A DNA stretch of 43,588 nucleotides, from positions 1 to 43,588 of the forward strand of contig JASFRS010000001.1 in assembly GCA_050114795.1 (NCBI GenBank), given 5' to 3'. The stretch comes from Sphingomonadales bacterium (lineage in GTDB: Bacteria > Pseudomonadota > Alphaproteobacteria > Sphingomonadales > CAKZYD01). The notes beneath the pieces were generated by a model, which was given only the letters and a program-made list of their open reading frames with translations, did no database searches and was not told where the DNA came from. This document shows, piece by piece, positions 30,784 through 40,157 of this stretch. Every line of letters begins with the position of its first letter. Within the stretch, counting starts at the first letter, position 1. Position numbers and translations under genes: made by a program.

Positions 30784-33306
30784 TTAGAAGTTGTAACGCG
30801 CCCGGAAATAGTAATATCCGCCGTTAAAGCCATAAGGTGATGTTTCTGGAAATTTGGATCCCACTACACCACTGAACGGGTTTAGGTCTGGCGTGTTGTC
30901 AAAGACGTTTTCAGCGCCTACAGCAAGCTCTAGACCTTCAAGCACGGTAACACCAACTTCGACATCGGCTGTGATTTCAGATCCAGCAACGAAGCCCAGG
31001 GTCCCGTCATCAAGGTGGGCTTCGTAGAACTTGCCATAGTAGTTCAGGCGAATAAGCCCGCGGAACCAGTCTTGCAAATGCGTCAGGCCAAGATTTGCGC
31101 GGTAGCGCGGTAAACCCTCTTCAATCTGGCGTTCTGTAGTTGCGTCAATCAGGCCACGTTCAGAATTGCCAACCTTGGTTTTCGTCCAGTTCCCGGCGAA
31201 ATTGATATCAGTATCGCCACCGAACAAATCCAGAGGATAAGTGGCAACGATGTCAACACCGCGGGTTGTGGTATCAAAGTCATTGGCAAAGAAGCGGAAG
31301 GCAGCAAAGGCGCTGGCGCCGGTTATGCCTTGCGCCTCAAGTGCGGCTGCTTCTGCCGGTGTAAGTTCGATACTAGATGTTTGTGCAATGCGGTCTTCCA
31401 CTTTGATGCGGAAGAAATCGACCGTGATATTCAAGTCACCAACATCAAGCGCACTGCCAACGGTGAAGCTACGGCTTTTTTCAGGGCCGAGTGGTTCGCC
31501 ACCAAATTCCAGTGCCAAAGGCAAAGTGGGAGGAACTGTCCCACGGTTAATTAATCGGCCATTTTCAAACACCGTTGAAATATTGGTCACATTGGATTGG
31601 CCCGGCGTTGGTGCGCGGAAACCTGTTGAATAAGTGCCGCGAAAACTTAGGTTGTCGGTTGCTTTCCAAAGTGCGGAGAATTTCCCATTCGTTGTTGTGC
31701 CGAAATCACTAAAGTCTTCGACACGACCGGCAACGCCAAGAACCAAATCTTCGGTCACATCCGCTTCTAAATCGATGTAGAATGCGATGTTTTTACGATC
31801 GAATTCACCAGCAATATCTGGGCTGAAGCCGGAGAAGCCGTTGGAGCCAGGTGTGAAACCTTGAGATGCCAAGGGCTCAGATGCAAAGCTTGCACTGTCA
31901 CCTGGTTGGATTTCGAATTGTTCTTCGCGCCATTCGAAACCTGCGGCGACGTTCAGCGGTGAGGCAAAATAATCAACTTCAATCGGATAGCTGACGTCGA
32001 TATTTACTTGCTTCTCAAGTTGAACATATGTGCCAGGCTCAAATGTCGTAGGCGTATTTGGGCCTAAAGCTGCGTTTACCGTATTGCGAATGACAAAGTC
32101 AATTTCATTGCGACCGGCACTAGCGCTGATGTCATAGGTCAGTCCAAAGTCTAACTCACCACGAACGCCACCGGTGCCAGCTATGTCATTCAAGCGACCG
32201 CCAAAGCGGGGGGTAAAGCCACCCGGAAACAGCTCATTAAATACAAAGCAATTTGGGTCGTCGATAACCAGTTGTAACGCTGCATCATCACCAACCGGAA
32301 CAACAGGGCAGGCAATGCCATCGTCCGGTGTTAAATCACCGACCAGGCGCGTGACGCCACCGTCGTTTGAATAAACACCGCCGCGCGTATCCGGATTCCT
32401 GAAGAAGAAGCCGCCATCGACCCGCCGTTGGGCGTAGTTACCGAAGGCATAAACTTCCATATTATCGCTAGCTTGGACGCCAAAGTTGAAGAAAATTTTA
32501 TAATCATTATCAATTTCTGGAGAACCCCAAGTCTGTGCAAAAGGTTGGCGCACAGCGGTATTGCCGGCATCAATCAAGGCTTGAGCATCATCACGCTGGA
32601 CAGAGCGGACGGTTTCATCTGCTTCGCGGAATTCGAAGGACAAATTAAGATAACCATCATCCGTCACAGGCAAGCCAATGTTGCCTGCAATTTGATATTG
32701 GTCGCCATCCCCTTCATAGGTAGAGCCATATTTGACTTCAACGCTACCGCCTTCTGGGTCGTCACGGAGTACAAAGTTTAAAACACCGGCAATGGCATCA
32801 GCGCCATATTGCGCAGCCGCACCGTCGCGAAGCACATCAACGCGCTCAAGCGCGATAGCTGGGATGACGGAAATATCCGGACCTTGGGCACCATCGGCTA
32901 AGCCTTGACCCAGGAATGTGATGACAGCGGCGCGGTGACGACGTTTGCCATTGACCAAAATCAAAGTGCTATCGGGTGGGAGCCCGCGTAAATTGGCGGG
33001 GCGAATGAAAGTTGCCGCATCACTGATTGGTTGGGGCCGTACATTATAGGACGGGACCAGGTTACGGATGAGGTTCGCAACATCGCTGTCGCCTTGATTG
33101 ACGAATTGCTCAGCAGTAATAACGTCAACAGGCGAAGGTGTGTCCGCGGGTGAGCGCGCTGCGCGCCGCGAACCAGTAATAACAATTTCTTCAGCTGGAG
33201 CTGCAACATCTTGTTCTTGTGCGGCATCCTGGGCATTGGCGGCCGGCCAGGCGAAGTTCGCCAATATCAAAGCCGAAACCGTCGAGTGAAGAGCAACTTT
33301 TTTCAT
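30784..33306 (-). CDS. TonB-dependent outer-membrane receptor
   Basis: Signal peptide ending ANA-QD, TonB-box-like EEIVITGSR, plug motifs (NGKRRH, DVLRDGAAAQYGADAIAGVLNF) and a long beta-barrel ending ...YYYFRARYNF. ATG 33306 (MKKVALHS) has GGGGA upstream; ATG 33318 is an alternative. Confidence 0.92.
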   Translation of the reverse strand: MKKVALHSTVSALILANFAWPAANAQDAAQEQDVAAPAEEIVITGSRRAARSPADTPSPVDVITAEQFVNQGDSDVANLIRNLVPSYNVRPQPISDAATFIRPANLRGLPPDSTLILVNGKRRHRAAVITFLGQGLADGAQGPDISVIPAIALERVDVLRDGAAAQYGADAIAGVLNFVLRDDPEGGSVEVKYGSTYEGDGDQYQIAGNIGLPVTDDGYLNLSFEFREADETVRSVQRDDAQALIDAGNTAVRQPFAQTWGSPEIDNDYKIFFNFGVQASDNMEVYAFGNYAQRRVDGGFFFRNPDTRGGVYSNDGGVTRLVGDLTPDDGIACPVVPVGDDAALQLVIDDPNCFVFNELFPGGFTPRFGGRLNDIAGTGGVRGELDFGLTYDISASAGRNEIDFVIRNTVNAALGPNTPTTFEPGTYVQLEKQVNIDVSYPIEVDYFASPLNVAAGFEWREEQFEIQPGDSASFASEPLASQGFTPGSNGFSGFSPDIAGEFDRKNIAFYIDLEADVTEDLVLGVAGRVEDFSDFGTTTNGKFSALWKATDNLSFRGTYSTGFRAPTPGQSNVTNISTVFENGRLINRGTVPPTLPLALEFGGEPLGPEKSRSFTVGSALDVGDLNITVDFFRIKVEDRIAQTSSIELTPAEAAALEAQGITGASAFAAFRFFANDFDTTTRGVDIVATYPLDLFGGDTDINFAGNWTKTKVGNSERGLIDATTERQIEEGLPRYRANLGLTHLQDWFRGLIRLNYYGKFYEAHLDDGTLGFVAGSEITADVEVGVTVLEGLELAVGAENVFDNTPDLNPFSGVVGSKFPETSPYGFNGGYYYFRARYNF

Positions 33307-33556
33307 ATTATTCCCCATGGAGAAATTTTGTTCGATTCGAATAATTTAAGCGTGAAAAAAGTAATCAGAGGTTATTATTCACGCAATCAAAATAAACAGT
33401 TTCCCCTATCGCAATAATGAAAATGAATGTATGTGTTGTTATTTCGCATCACAAAATTGCATGTAAAATGGTTGACAACTACATTTGGTTGATCGGAATG
33501 TGTGGGCAGGCCAGTCAATTGGCTCATGCTTGTTGTCGTTTTTTAAGACTTGAATT

Positions 33557-34969
33557 TTAGCGGAGGAGTTTTCCTGGGTTCAGGATGTGATCTGGGTCTA
33601 AAACCGCTTTGATTTTGCGCATGATTTCCACATTTTGCGGCTTATGTTTGGCAAGCGCTTCTCGTTTTAAAGTGCCAATGCCGTGTTCGGCAGAGATGGA
33701 GCCATGGTGCTTGATGACAATATCATTTATCAAAGTATTCATTTCGTTCCAGCGATCCTTGAAAGTCCCATCGTCGTCCAACGGCTGCTGTAGATTATAG
33801 TGAATATTGCCGTCGCCGATATGACCGAATGCTACGACGCGAACACCTGGGCAGGCTCGTTCCGCGGCTTGCGTGGCTTCCTTTAGAAATGCTGGAACGG
33901 ATGAAACGGGTACGGAAACATCATGTTTGATGCTTGTGCCTTCCGCCCGTTCAGCCTCGGAAATAGCATGGCGCATACGCCAGAGATTTTCTGCCTGCCA
34001 GTCCGAGGTTGCAATCGTGCCGTCAAAGACCTGCCCGCGATCTAGTCCAGAGGTTAGTAGTTTCTCACAAAAAGATTGTAGGTCTGCATCGCTTTGTGAG
34101 CTGCTGGCTTCCAGCAATACATACCAGGGATAAGGTTGAATCAGCGGGTCCGTCGTTGCTGGAATATGTTTGAATACGAGATCCAAAGCGCTGCGTGGCA
34201 TGAGTTCGAATGAGGTGATGAGATCGCCACTGGCCTCTCTCGCCGCAGCTAAAAGTTCGACGGCAGCTTGGGGTGAAGCTACGGCTGCTAAAGCTGTCAG
34301 TTTTTTTCGATGAGCAGGGAATAGCTTCAAGGTTGCAGCAGTGATGATACCCAATGTCCCTTCGGCACCAATAAAAAGCTGTTTGAGGTCATAACCTGTA
34401 TTGTCTTTACGAAGGGCAGTTAGACCATCCCATATTGTGCCGTCTGCCAATACGACTTCCAGCCCCAAGACAAGGTCACGCGTATTGCCATATTTCAAAA
34501 CGGAGACACCACCTGCGTTAGTGGAAATAATGCCGCCTATCTGTGCGCTCCCTTCCGAGCCAATGGATAGAGGAAACAGGCGGTCATGCTCATTGGCTAA
34601 ATCCTGTGCTTCCTGAAGTGTTGTCCCTGCATTGACAGTGAGTGTGTAATTTAGCGGATCGATATTGCGAACACCCTTCATGCGGTCAAGCGAGAGAAGA
34701 ATTTCATCACCGCTACTGTTGGGTGTGCCGCCACCAACAAGCCCTGTATTACCCCCTTGGGGCACGACAGGGATTGTATATTCCGTTGCGCAACGCATGA
34801 TACGCCTTACCTCGTCCGTCGATTTAGGGCGAAGAAGAATAGCGGTTTGACCTGAATGCAGGCGTCGCCAATCTGTCAAATAAGGCTCCAAAACTGCAGC
34901 GTCTGTAGACCAGCCGGATGGGCCGACGATGCGCCTTAGTCTCTCCATTGCCTGTGCTGGTGGTTTCAT
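33557..34969 (-). CDS. FAD-linked oxidase (GlcD / D-2-hydroxyacid dehydrogenase family)
   Basis: 470 aa. FAD_binding_4-type N-domain (VVPQGGNTGLVGG), then DNTGYDLKQLFIGAEGTLGIIT and C-terminal HGSISAEHGIG...DP..ILNPGK. Confidence 0.88.
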   Translation of the reverse strand: MKPPAQAMERLRRIVGPSGWSTDAAVLEPYLTDWRRLHSGQTAILLRPKSTDEVRRIMRCATEYTIPVVPQGGNTGLVGGGTPNSSGDEILLSLDRMKGVRNIDPLNYTLTVNAGTTLQEAQDLANEHDRLFPLSIGSEGSAQIGGIISTNAGGVSVLKYGNTRDLVLGLEVVLADGTIWDGLTALRKDNTGYDLKQLFIGAEGTLGIITAATLKLFPAHRKKLTALAAVASPQAAVELLAAAREASGDLITSFELMPRSALDLVFKHIPATTDPLIQPYPWYVLLEASSSQSDADLQSFCEKLLTSGLDRGQVFDGTIATSDWQAENLWRMRHAISEAERAEGTSIKHDVSVPVSSVPAFLKEATQAAERACPGVRVVAFGHIGDGNIHYNLQQPLDDDGTFKDRWNEMNTLINDIVIKHHGSISAEHGIGTLKREALAKHKPQNVEIMRKIKAVLDPDHILNPGKLLR

Positions 34970-34978
34970 GGTCCTAGC

Positions 34979-35911
34979 CTAGCTTGAAGAGGCCGCGCGG
35001 GCCAGTCGGTCATTAATTGCCATGCCAAGCCCGTCTTTGGGTATGGGCGCAATGGAAATGGTCTTAGGGTGTTTTGCATCCAATTCATGAAGCATCGCGA
35101 ATAGATTTGCAGCCGCTTCCCGTAAGTCACCTTCAGGGGAAAGGTTTAAATCTCCATCAATTTCGCCAAAGCCCAGCATAAGCCCGTTTTCATAAGCTGA
35201 TCGCGCATTCAGTCTAACATGGGCATTTGGGGCATAATGGGCGAGGGTTTGGCCGGGTGACTTTATAGCGCCTGTGGCAGCCAAGACCGGTTTGCCTGTG
35301 GTTTCAGCCAAGTCTTCTTTGGTTATCGAGCCTGGGCGAAGCAAATAAACTTGGTCATTTGTGACTTCGATGACGGTCGATTCAAGCCCGACTGCACAAG
35401 GTCCACCATCTAAGATCATGTCTACATCGCCATTTAGGCCTTTATAGACATGCTGTGCCGTGGTTGGACTTAACTCACCGGATGGATTGGCGGATGGTGC
35501 TGCAATGGGTTTGCCAAAAGCGACAAGCAGTTGCCTTGCAACCGCGTGACCGGGCGCGCGTAGTGCGATGGTTGGCAGCCCCGCCGTGACGAGGTCATGA
35601 ACTTTACAACGGGCAAGTTTTGGCAGAACGAAAGTTAGTGGGCCCGGCCAGAACCGTTCAGCAAGTTGAATGGCCATTTCCGGAAAAAAAGCTAATGTCT
35701 CAGCTTGTTCAATTCCTGTGACATGCGAAATCAGCGGATTGAAGGTAGGTCGTCCTTTGACCTCGAAGATTCGCGCAACAGCCTGACCGTTTGTCGCGTC
35801 CGCACCCAATCCGTAAACGGTTTCCGTGGGCAAACCAACGAGGCCACCATCTGCCAATAGCCGTGCGGCTCTAGCGATGTTTTCAGCGCTTGGTTTGACA
35901 ATTGCAGTCAT
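34979..35911 (-). CDS. tsaC: L-threonylcarbamoyladenylate synthase (Sua5/YwlC/TsaC type with Sua5 C-domain)
   Basis: LLADGGLVGLPTETVYGLGADA, KGRPTFNPLI and SANPSG motifs plus a C-terminal Sua5 domain. ATG 35911 is preferred over the track start 35953. Confidence 0.88.
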   Translation of the reverse strand: MTAIVKPSAENIARAARLLADGGLVGLPTETVYGLGADATNGQAVARIFEVKGRPTFNPLISHVTGIEQAETLAFFPEMAIQLAERFWPGPLTFVLPKLARCKVHDLVTAGLPTIALRAPGHAVARQLLVAFGKPIAAPSANPSGELSPTTAQHVYKGLNGDVDMILDGGPCAVGLESTVIEVTNDQVYLLRPGSITKEDLAETTGKPVLAATGAIKSPGQTLAHYAPNAHVRLNARSAYENGLMLGFGEIDGDLNLSPEGDLREAAANLFAMLHELDAKHPKTISIAPIPKDGLGMAINDRLARAASSS

Positions 35912-36049
35912 TTTTCTCATTCGCAGTGCTTGCCAGCACCGTCGCCCCACCATAATTTATGTCTCAAACCCTTCCCATAGTTGAATTAAGGAAGGGATGC
36001 ATTAGAAATTCAAGCTCAATGAAGAGCAAATTGCAAAGAGAGATATATC

Positions 36050-37801
36050 ATGACTTATGCCGCCCCAATCAAAGACATGCGCAATGTCCTAAGCGATATC
36101 TGCGATATTGAAGGGTTGAGTGAAGCGGCATTTCCTGATCTGTCTCCTGATCTGGTTGATGCAATCCTGGAAGAAGCCAATAAATTCGCATCAGGGGTTT
36201 TTGCGCCTTTGAACCGTGTGGGCGATGAAAAGGGCGCAATTTTGGAAAATGGAGTCGTTCGCCTGCCGGAAGGATTTAAAGAGGCTTATCAGTCTTTTGT
36301 CGAAGGCGGCTGGAACTGCCTGTCCGGTACCCCTGATTATGAGGGCCAAGGTCTGCCCTTCGTTCTGCAGACTGCGGTTCAGGAAATGATTACCTCTGCC
36401 AATATGGCTTTTTCGCTTTGCCCAATGTTAAGCCAAGGCGCAATTGAAGCTTTGTCCGCACATGGCACCGATGAGCAGAAAGCAACCTATTTGCCCAAGT
36501 TGATAAGTGGTGAATGGACAGGGACTATGAACCTGACCGAACCGCAGGCAGGGTCTGATGTGGGCGCGCTGAAGTCCAAAGCTGAACCTTTGGGTGACGG
36601 ACGTTATAAGATTAAAGGCACAAAGATTTTCATCACCTGGGGTGAGCATGATTGTGCCAGTAATATTGTGCATTTGGTTTTAGCACGGTTGCCTGGCGCG
36701 CCAGAGGGCACAAAGGGTATTTCTCTGTTTCTCGTACCCAAATTTCATGTGAATGAAGATGGATCACTGGGTGATCGCAATGACCTGCGTTGCGTGAGCC
36801 TTGAGCATAAGCTTGGCATTCATGCGTCACCGACATGTGTCATGTCTTATGGGGATAATGATGAATGCATCGGCTATCTGATCGGCGAAGAAAACCGCGG
36901 CATGGCCTGCATGTTCACTATGATGAACAACGCCCGCATCGGTGTTGGTCTCCAGGGCGTGGCGATTGCAGAGCGTGCTTATCAAGCGGCTGTGCAATAT
37001 GCCAAAGACCGGGTGCAATCTGCAAAATTTGGCTCTCGTGGGGAAGGCGTTGCCATTATTCAACACGCTGATGTGCGACGGATGCTTATGTCCATGAAAG
37101 CGCAAATCGAAGCTGCACGGGCCATTGTTTATCTCACGGCGTCATCGGTTGATCGCGCGCATCATGGTGCGAGTGAAGATGAGCGCCAGCGCGCGCAGGG
37201 CTTGGCTGATTTATTGACGCCTATTGCAAAGGCCTTTGGAACGGACGTTGGGGTTGATGTGGCGTCAATCGGCGTTCAGGTGCATGGCGGCATGGGCTAT
37301 ATCGAGGAAACTGGCGCAGCCCAGCATTACCGCGATGCGCGGATCACACCCATTTATGAAGGCACCAATGGCATTCAGGCCCTTGACTTGGTCGGTCGTA
37401 AATTAGGCCTTGAGGGTGGAGCGCATTGGCAAGATCTTTTTGCGGATATGCGGGCTGATATTTCTGCCTTGTCTGGCGATGAGGATATTGTGGCGATGCA
37501 GCCTTATCTGGAAGATTCTCTAGAAGCACTTGTTGCAACAACGCGCTGGTTGGCAGGTCAGGGCTTTGAAAATGCCGACAATATCGCTGCCGGCGCAACA
37601 CCGTATCTGCGCATGTTCGCCTTGGTTTTAGGCGGGTATCTTTTGATGAAACAAGCTGTGAAAAGCCAGGATAAAGTCAAAATCAGTACCGCCCGGTTCT
37701 TCGCTGAACAGTTTTTACCGCAAGCCGTCGCATTGCAGGGTCCGGTTACACGCGGAGGCCAAATCCTCTTCGCCCTTGATGAAGATGAATTCGCAGCTTA
37801 G
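36050..37801 (+). CDS. Long-form acyl-CoA dehydrogenase (about 580 aa, C-terminal extension)
   Basis: NLTEPQAGSDVGALKSKA, IKGTKIFITWGEHD and IYEGTNGIQALDLVGRKL (MCAD-type Glu), plus an extra C-terminal helical domain. Confidence 0.9.
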   Translation: MTYAAPIKDMRNVLSDICDIEGLSEAAFPDLSPDLVDAILEEANKFASGVFAPLNRVGDEKGAILENGVVRLPEGFKEAYQSFVEGGWNCLSGTPDYEGQGLPFVLQTAVQEMITSANMAFSLCPMLSQGAIEALSAHGTDEQKATYLPKLISGEWTGTMNLTEPQAGSDVGALKSKAEPLGDGRYKIKGTKIFITWGEHDCASNIVHLVLARLPGAPEGTKGISLFLVPKFHVNEDGSLGDRNDLRCVSLEHKLGIHASPTCVMSYGDNDECIGYLIGEENRGMACMFTMMNNARIGVGLQGVAIAERAYQAAVQYAKDRVQSAKFGSRGEGVAIIQHADVRRMLMSMKAQIEAARAIVYLTASSVDRAHHGASEDERQRAQGLADLLTPIAKAFGTDVGVDVASIGVQVHGGMGYIEETGAAQHYRDARITPIYEGTNGIQALDLVGRKLGLEGGAHWQDLFADMRADISALSGDEDIVAMQPYLEDSLEALVATTRWLAGQGFENADNIAAGATPYLRMFALVLGGYLLMKQAVKSQDKVKISTARFFAEQFLPQAVALQGPVTRGGQILFALDEDEFAA

Positions 37802-37860
37802 GATTGCTACTTGTAGTTTCAGTTGCGTTGCGAATACCACATTCATTGAAGGGTGAAATA

Positions 37861-38934
37861 ATGAGGGCTATTCTCAGCGCAATTGCGCTTTTCACACTGT
37901 TCCTACCAGTACAGGCGCAGGAACTGAGCTGGCAAGAGGCGAATAGGCAATCTGCTACATTACTTGATGCAGGAAATGCGGAAGAGGCAGCGCCCTTGGC
38001 GAGGCAGGCTGCTGAATTATACCCGTCACAAAGTAATGCTTATAAACCGCAAAACCATGCCCAGCTTGTTCTAAATGCTGTTGAAATGACGCAAATTGCC
38101 GAGGGTCAGGAAGCAGCAGCTTTATTTCTTGAAGACGCTCTGAAGGCCATTGAGGCCAAAGCGGGTGAGAGGGAGATTCTCCTAGCTCCACTCTCAGCGA
38201 AGGCAGCCCGCATGTTTGGACTTTTGGCAGAATATGGGAAATCACAACGCTATTATCGCCGCGCTTGTTCTCTGGCTGATGATATCTGGGGAGAAACAGA
38301 CCCTCGCTCTATTCTTTATTATATGAATTGGGGGCATGATCTGCGGCAGAGATTTGGAGCATCCTGGGCCAATGGAAAACTGAAGACAGCACGCAAAAGG
38401 GCAGAAACGCACGGAGAGGATAATTTTCTGGTTCTAAGGGCAGACCTCCTCTTGGCGAAAATTCGTCTTGAAAATGGAAAGGAACATTCAGCAATTCATG
38501 CATATCAAGAGTTGGTAGACCGTTTGGAGCAACAGCCCGAAAAAGATCCATTGTTACTGCAATCAAGCTATGCCCATTTAGCCTATGCTTATAACGAGAT
38601 AGGTGATGATGAGGCGCTGGACACTATCTTGGGCAAGTTCGGTCAGACATTTTCTGGAAATAAGGATGATATACAGCCTTTGATCCGTGTGGTTCCCGTT
38701 TATCCCTCTCATGCAGCAAGAATAGGGCGTGAAGGGTATGTCGTGGTAGAATTTACTCTTGATAAGCTAGGGCGCGTGGTAGGCCCAAAAATCATTGAAA
38801 GTGAAGGAGGGCGGGAATTTGAGAGATCCGCCCTGGATGCAATTGAAAACTGGCGTTACCGACCTCAGCTAATAGATGGTGAGCCTCAGGTAATGGAAAA
38901 TGTTCAAACGCTATTAACATTTGATTTGAAATAA
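37861..38934 (+). CDS. Secreted TonB C-terminal-domain protein with helical/TPR-like N-region
   Basis: Signal peptide MRAILSAIALFTLFLPVQAQ (ATG 37861, AAGGG upstream). The C-terminal 90 aa, PVYPSHAARIGREGYVVVEFTLDKLGRVVGPKII...ALDAIENWRYRP, form a TonB_C fold. No Pro-rich spacer or TM anchor is seen. Confidence 0.72.
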   Translation: MRAILSAIALFTLFLPVQAQELSWQEANRQSATLLDAGNAEEAAPLARQAAELYPSQSNAYKPQNHAQLVLNAVEMTQIAEGQEAAALFLEDALKAIEAKAGEREILLAPLSAKAARMFGLLAEYGKSQRYYRRACSLADDIWGETDPRSILYYMNWGHDLRQRFGASWANGKLKTARKRAETHGEDNFLVLRADLLLAKIRLENGKEHSAIHAYQELVDRLEQQPEKDPLLLQSSYAHLAYAYNEIGDDEALDTILGKFGQTFSGNKDDIQPLIRVVPVYPSHAARIGREGYVVVEFTLDKLGRVVGPKIIESEGGREFERSALDAIENWRYRPQLIDGEPQVMENVQTLLTFDLK

Positions 38935-38950
38935 AGCATCCTCATCCTTG

Positions 38951-38974
38951 CTTAACGTTTACGTAAACGTTAAG
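38951..38974. promoter_or_regulatory. Perfect 24-bp palindrome CTTAACGTTTAC|GTAAACGTTAAG (candidate operator)
   Basis: Read directly. It ends 25 bp before the MBL-hydrolase ATG and is followed by a small hairpin, GTCCTC(38979-84)/GAGGAC(38991-96), that overlaps the GGAGGA RBS. Confidence 0.55.
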
Positions 38975-38999
38975 TTCGGTCCTCAATCTGGAGGACTAT

Positions 39000-40157
39000 A
39001 TGCGCGACCAAAGTGTAACGTCAGACGAAGATTTGTTGATTTCTGACAAGGACGCCGTAGCACAGGGGCTGAGCTACCCATTTGAGACATTACCTGAACC
39101 TGGAGAGACTTTAGAAGTTGCTCCGGGCGTGCATTGGCTGCGCATGCCTTTGCCTTTTGCTCTGGACCATATCAATCTTTGGCTGCTGGAGGATGGCGAC
39201 GGGTTCGTTATCATTGATACCGGCATTGCCATGCCAAAAGTCAAAGTAAACTGGAAGCGGATTTTGGAGACCAAGGTGGGTGATAAACCCATCAACCGCA
39301 TCTATGTGACACATTATCATCCTGACCATATCGGGCTTGCGGGCTGGCTTGCGGAAGAGACCGGTGCGCCTATGGTGACCACTCGTACGGAATATCTTTA
39401 TTCCCGCATGCTAAGCCTGGACGTACGGGACGAGCCTCCGATTCAGGTCATGCAATTTTATAAATCTGTAGGTTTCGATGATGAACAGCTGGAACTGGTA
39501 CGCGCCAGAGGCTGGGGCGGTTATGCTAAGGGCGTCCATGAAGTTCCGGTGTCTTATGAGCGTATTGAGGATGGGGATAGGCTGACCATCAATGAACGCG
39601 AATGGCGGGTGGTTGTAGGCCGCGGCCATGCCCCTGAACATGCTTGTTTTTACTGTGAAGAACTTGGCGTATTTATTTCAGGTGACCAGGTTCTCCCCCG
39701 TATTTCATCCAATGTTTCGGTTTATCCGACTGAACCGGAAAGCAACCCTTTAGGGGATTGGATGGAAAGCCTGGTGAGATTGAAACAACTGCGCGATGAT
39801 GTGCTGGTACTGCCCGCGCATAATGAACCTTTTTATGGGCTTCATGACAGGCTGGATACTTTGCTGCAGGGGCATTGTTTAAAACTGGAGCGTTTGGCGC
39901 GTAATCTAAAAGAACCCAAACCGGTTACCGGGACATTGAATACCTTGTTCGGGCGAAAATTCAATGATGCTATGTTGTTAAGCATGGCAACTGGTGAAAG
40001 TCTTGCCCATATACGGCTGCTTGAAGCCCTCGGCTATGTGGAGCGGGGGCGCCGTGATGGGGTGGATTATTATCACCTAAAGGGTGATGAAGTGCCCGCG
40101 AGGGCGGCCCTTTTAGCTTATTTTGAAAATCAAGGACAGGGGAGTGCAAATGGCTGA
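39000..40157 (+). CDS. MBL-fold metallo-hydrolase
   Basis: 385 aa. Metal motif VTHYHPDHIG, with downstream GHAPEH and a C-terminal winged-helix-like extension. Confidence 0.85.
   Translation: MRDQSVTSDEDLLISDKDAVAQGLSYPFETLPEPGETLEVAPGVHWLRMPLPFALDHINLWLLEDGDGFVIIDTGIAMPKVKVNWKRILETKVGDKPINRIYVTHYHPDHIGLAGWLAEETGAPMVTTRTEYLYSRMLSLDVRDEPPIQVMQFYKSVGFDDEQLELVRARGWGGYAKGVHEVPVSYERIEDGDRLTINEREWRVVVGRGHAPEHACFYCEELGVFISGDQVLPRISSNVSVYPTEPESNPLGDWMESLVRLKQLRDDVLVLPAHNEPFYGLHDRLDTLLQGHCLKLERLARNLKEPKPVTGTLNTLFGRKFNDAMLLSMATGESLAHIRLLEALGYVERGRRDGVDYYHLKGDEVPARAALLAYFENQGQGSANG

Noticed and set aside
33411-33430. A Fur-box-like AT-rich segment (GCAATAATGAAAATGAATGT) upstream of the TonB-dependent receptor
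   Set aside because: By hand alignment it matches only about 12/19 of the GATAATGATAATCATTATC consensus, and it lies in a generally AT-rich region. Alphaproteobacterial iron regulation often uses other regulators, so the match is too weak to call.
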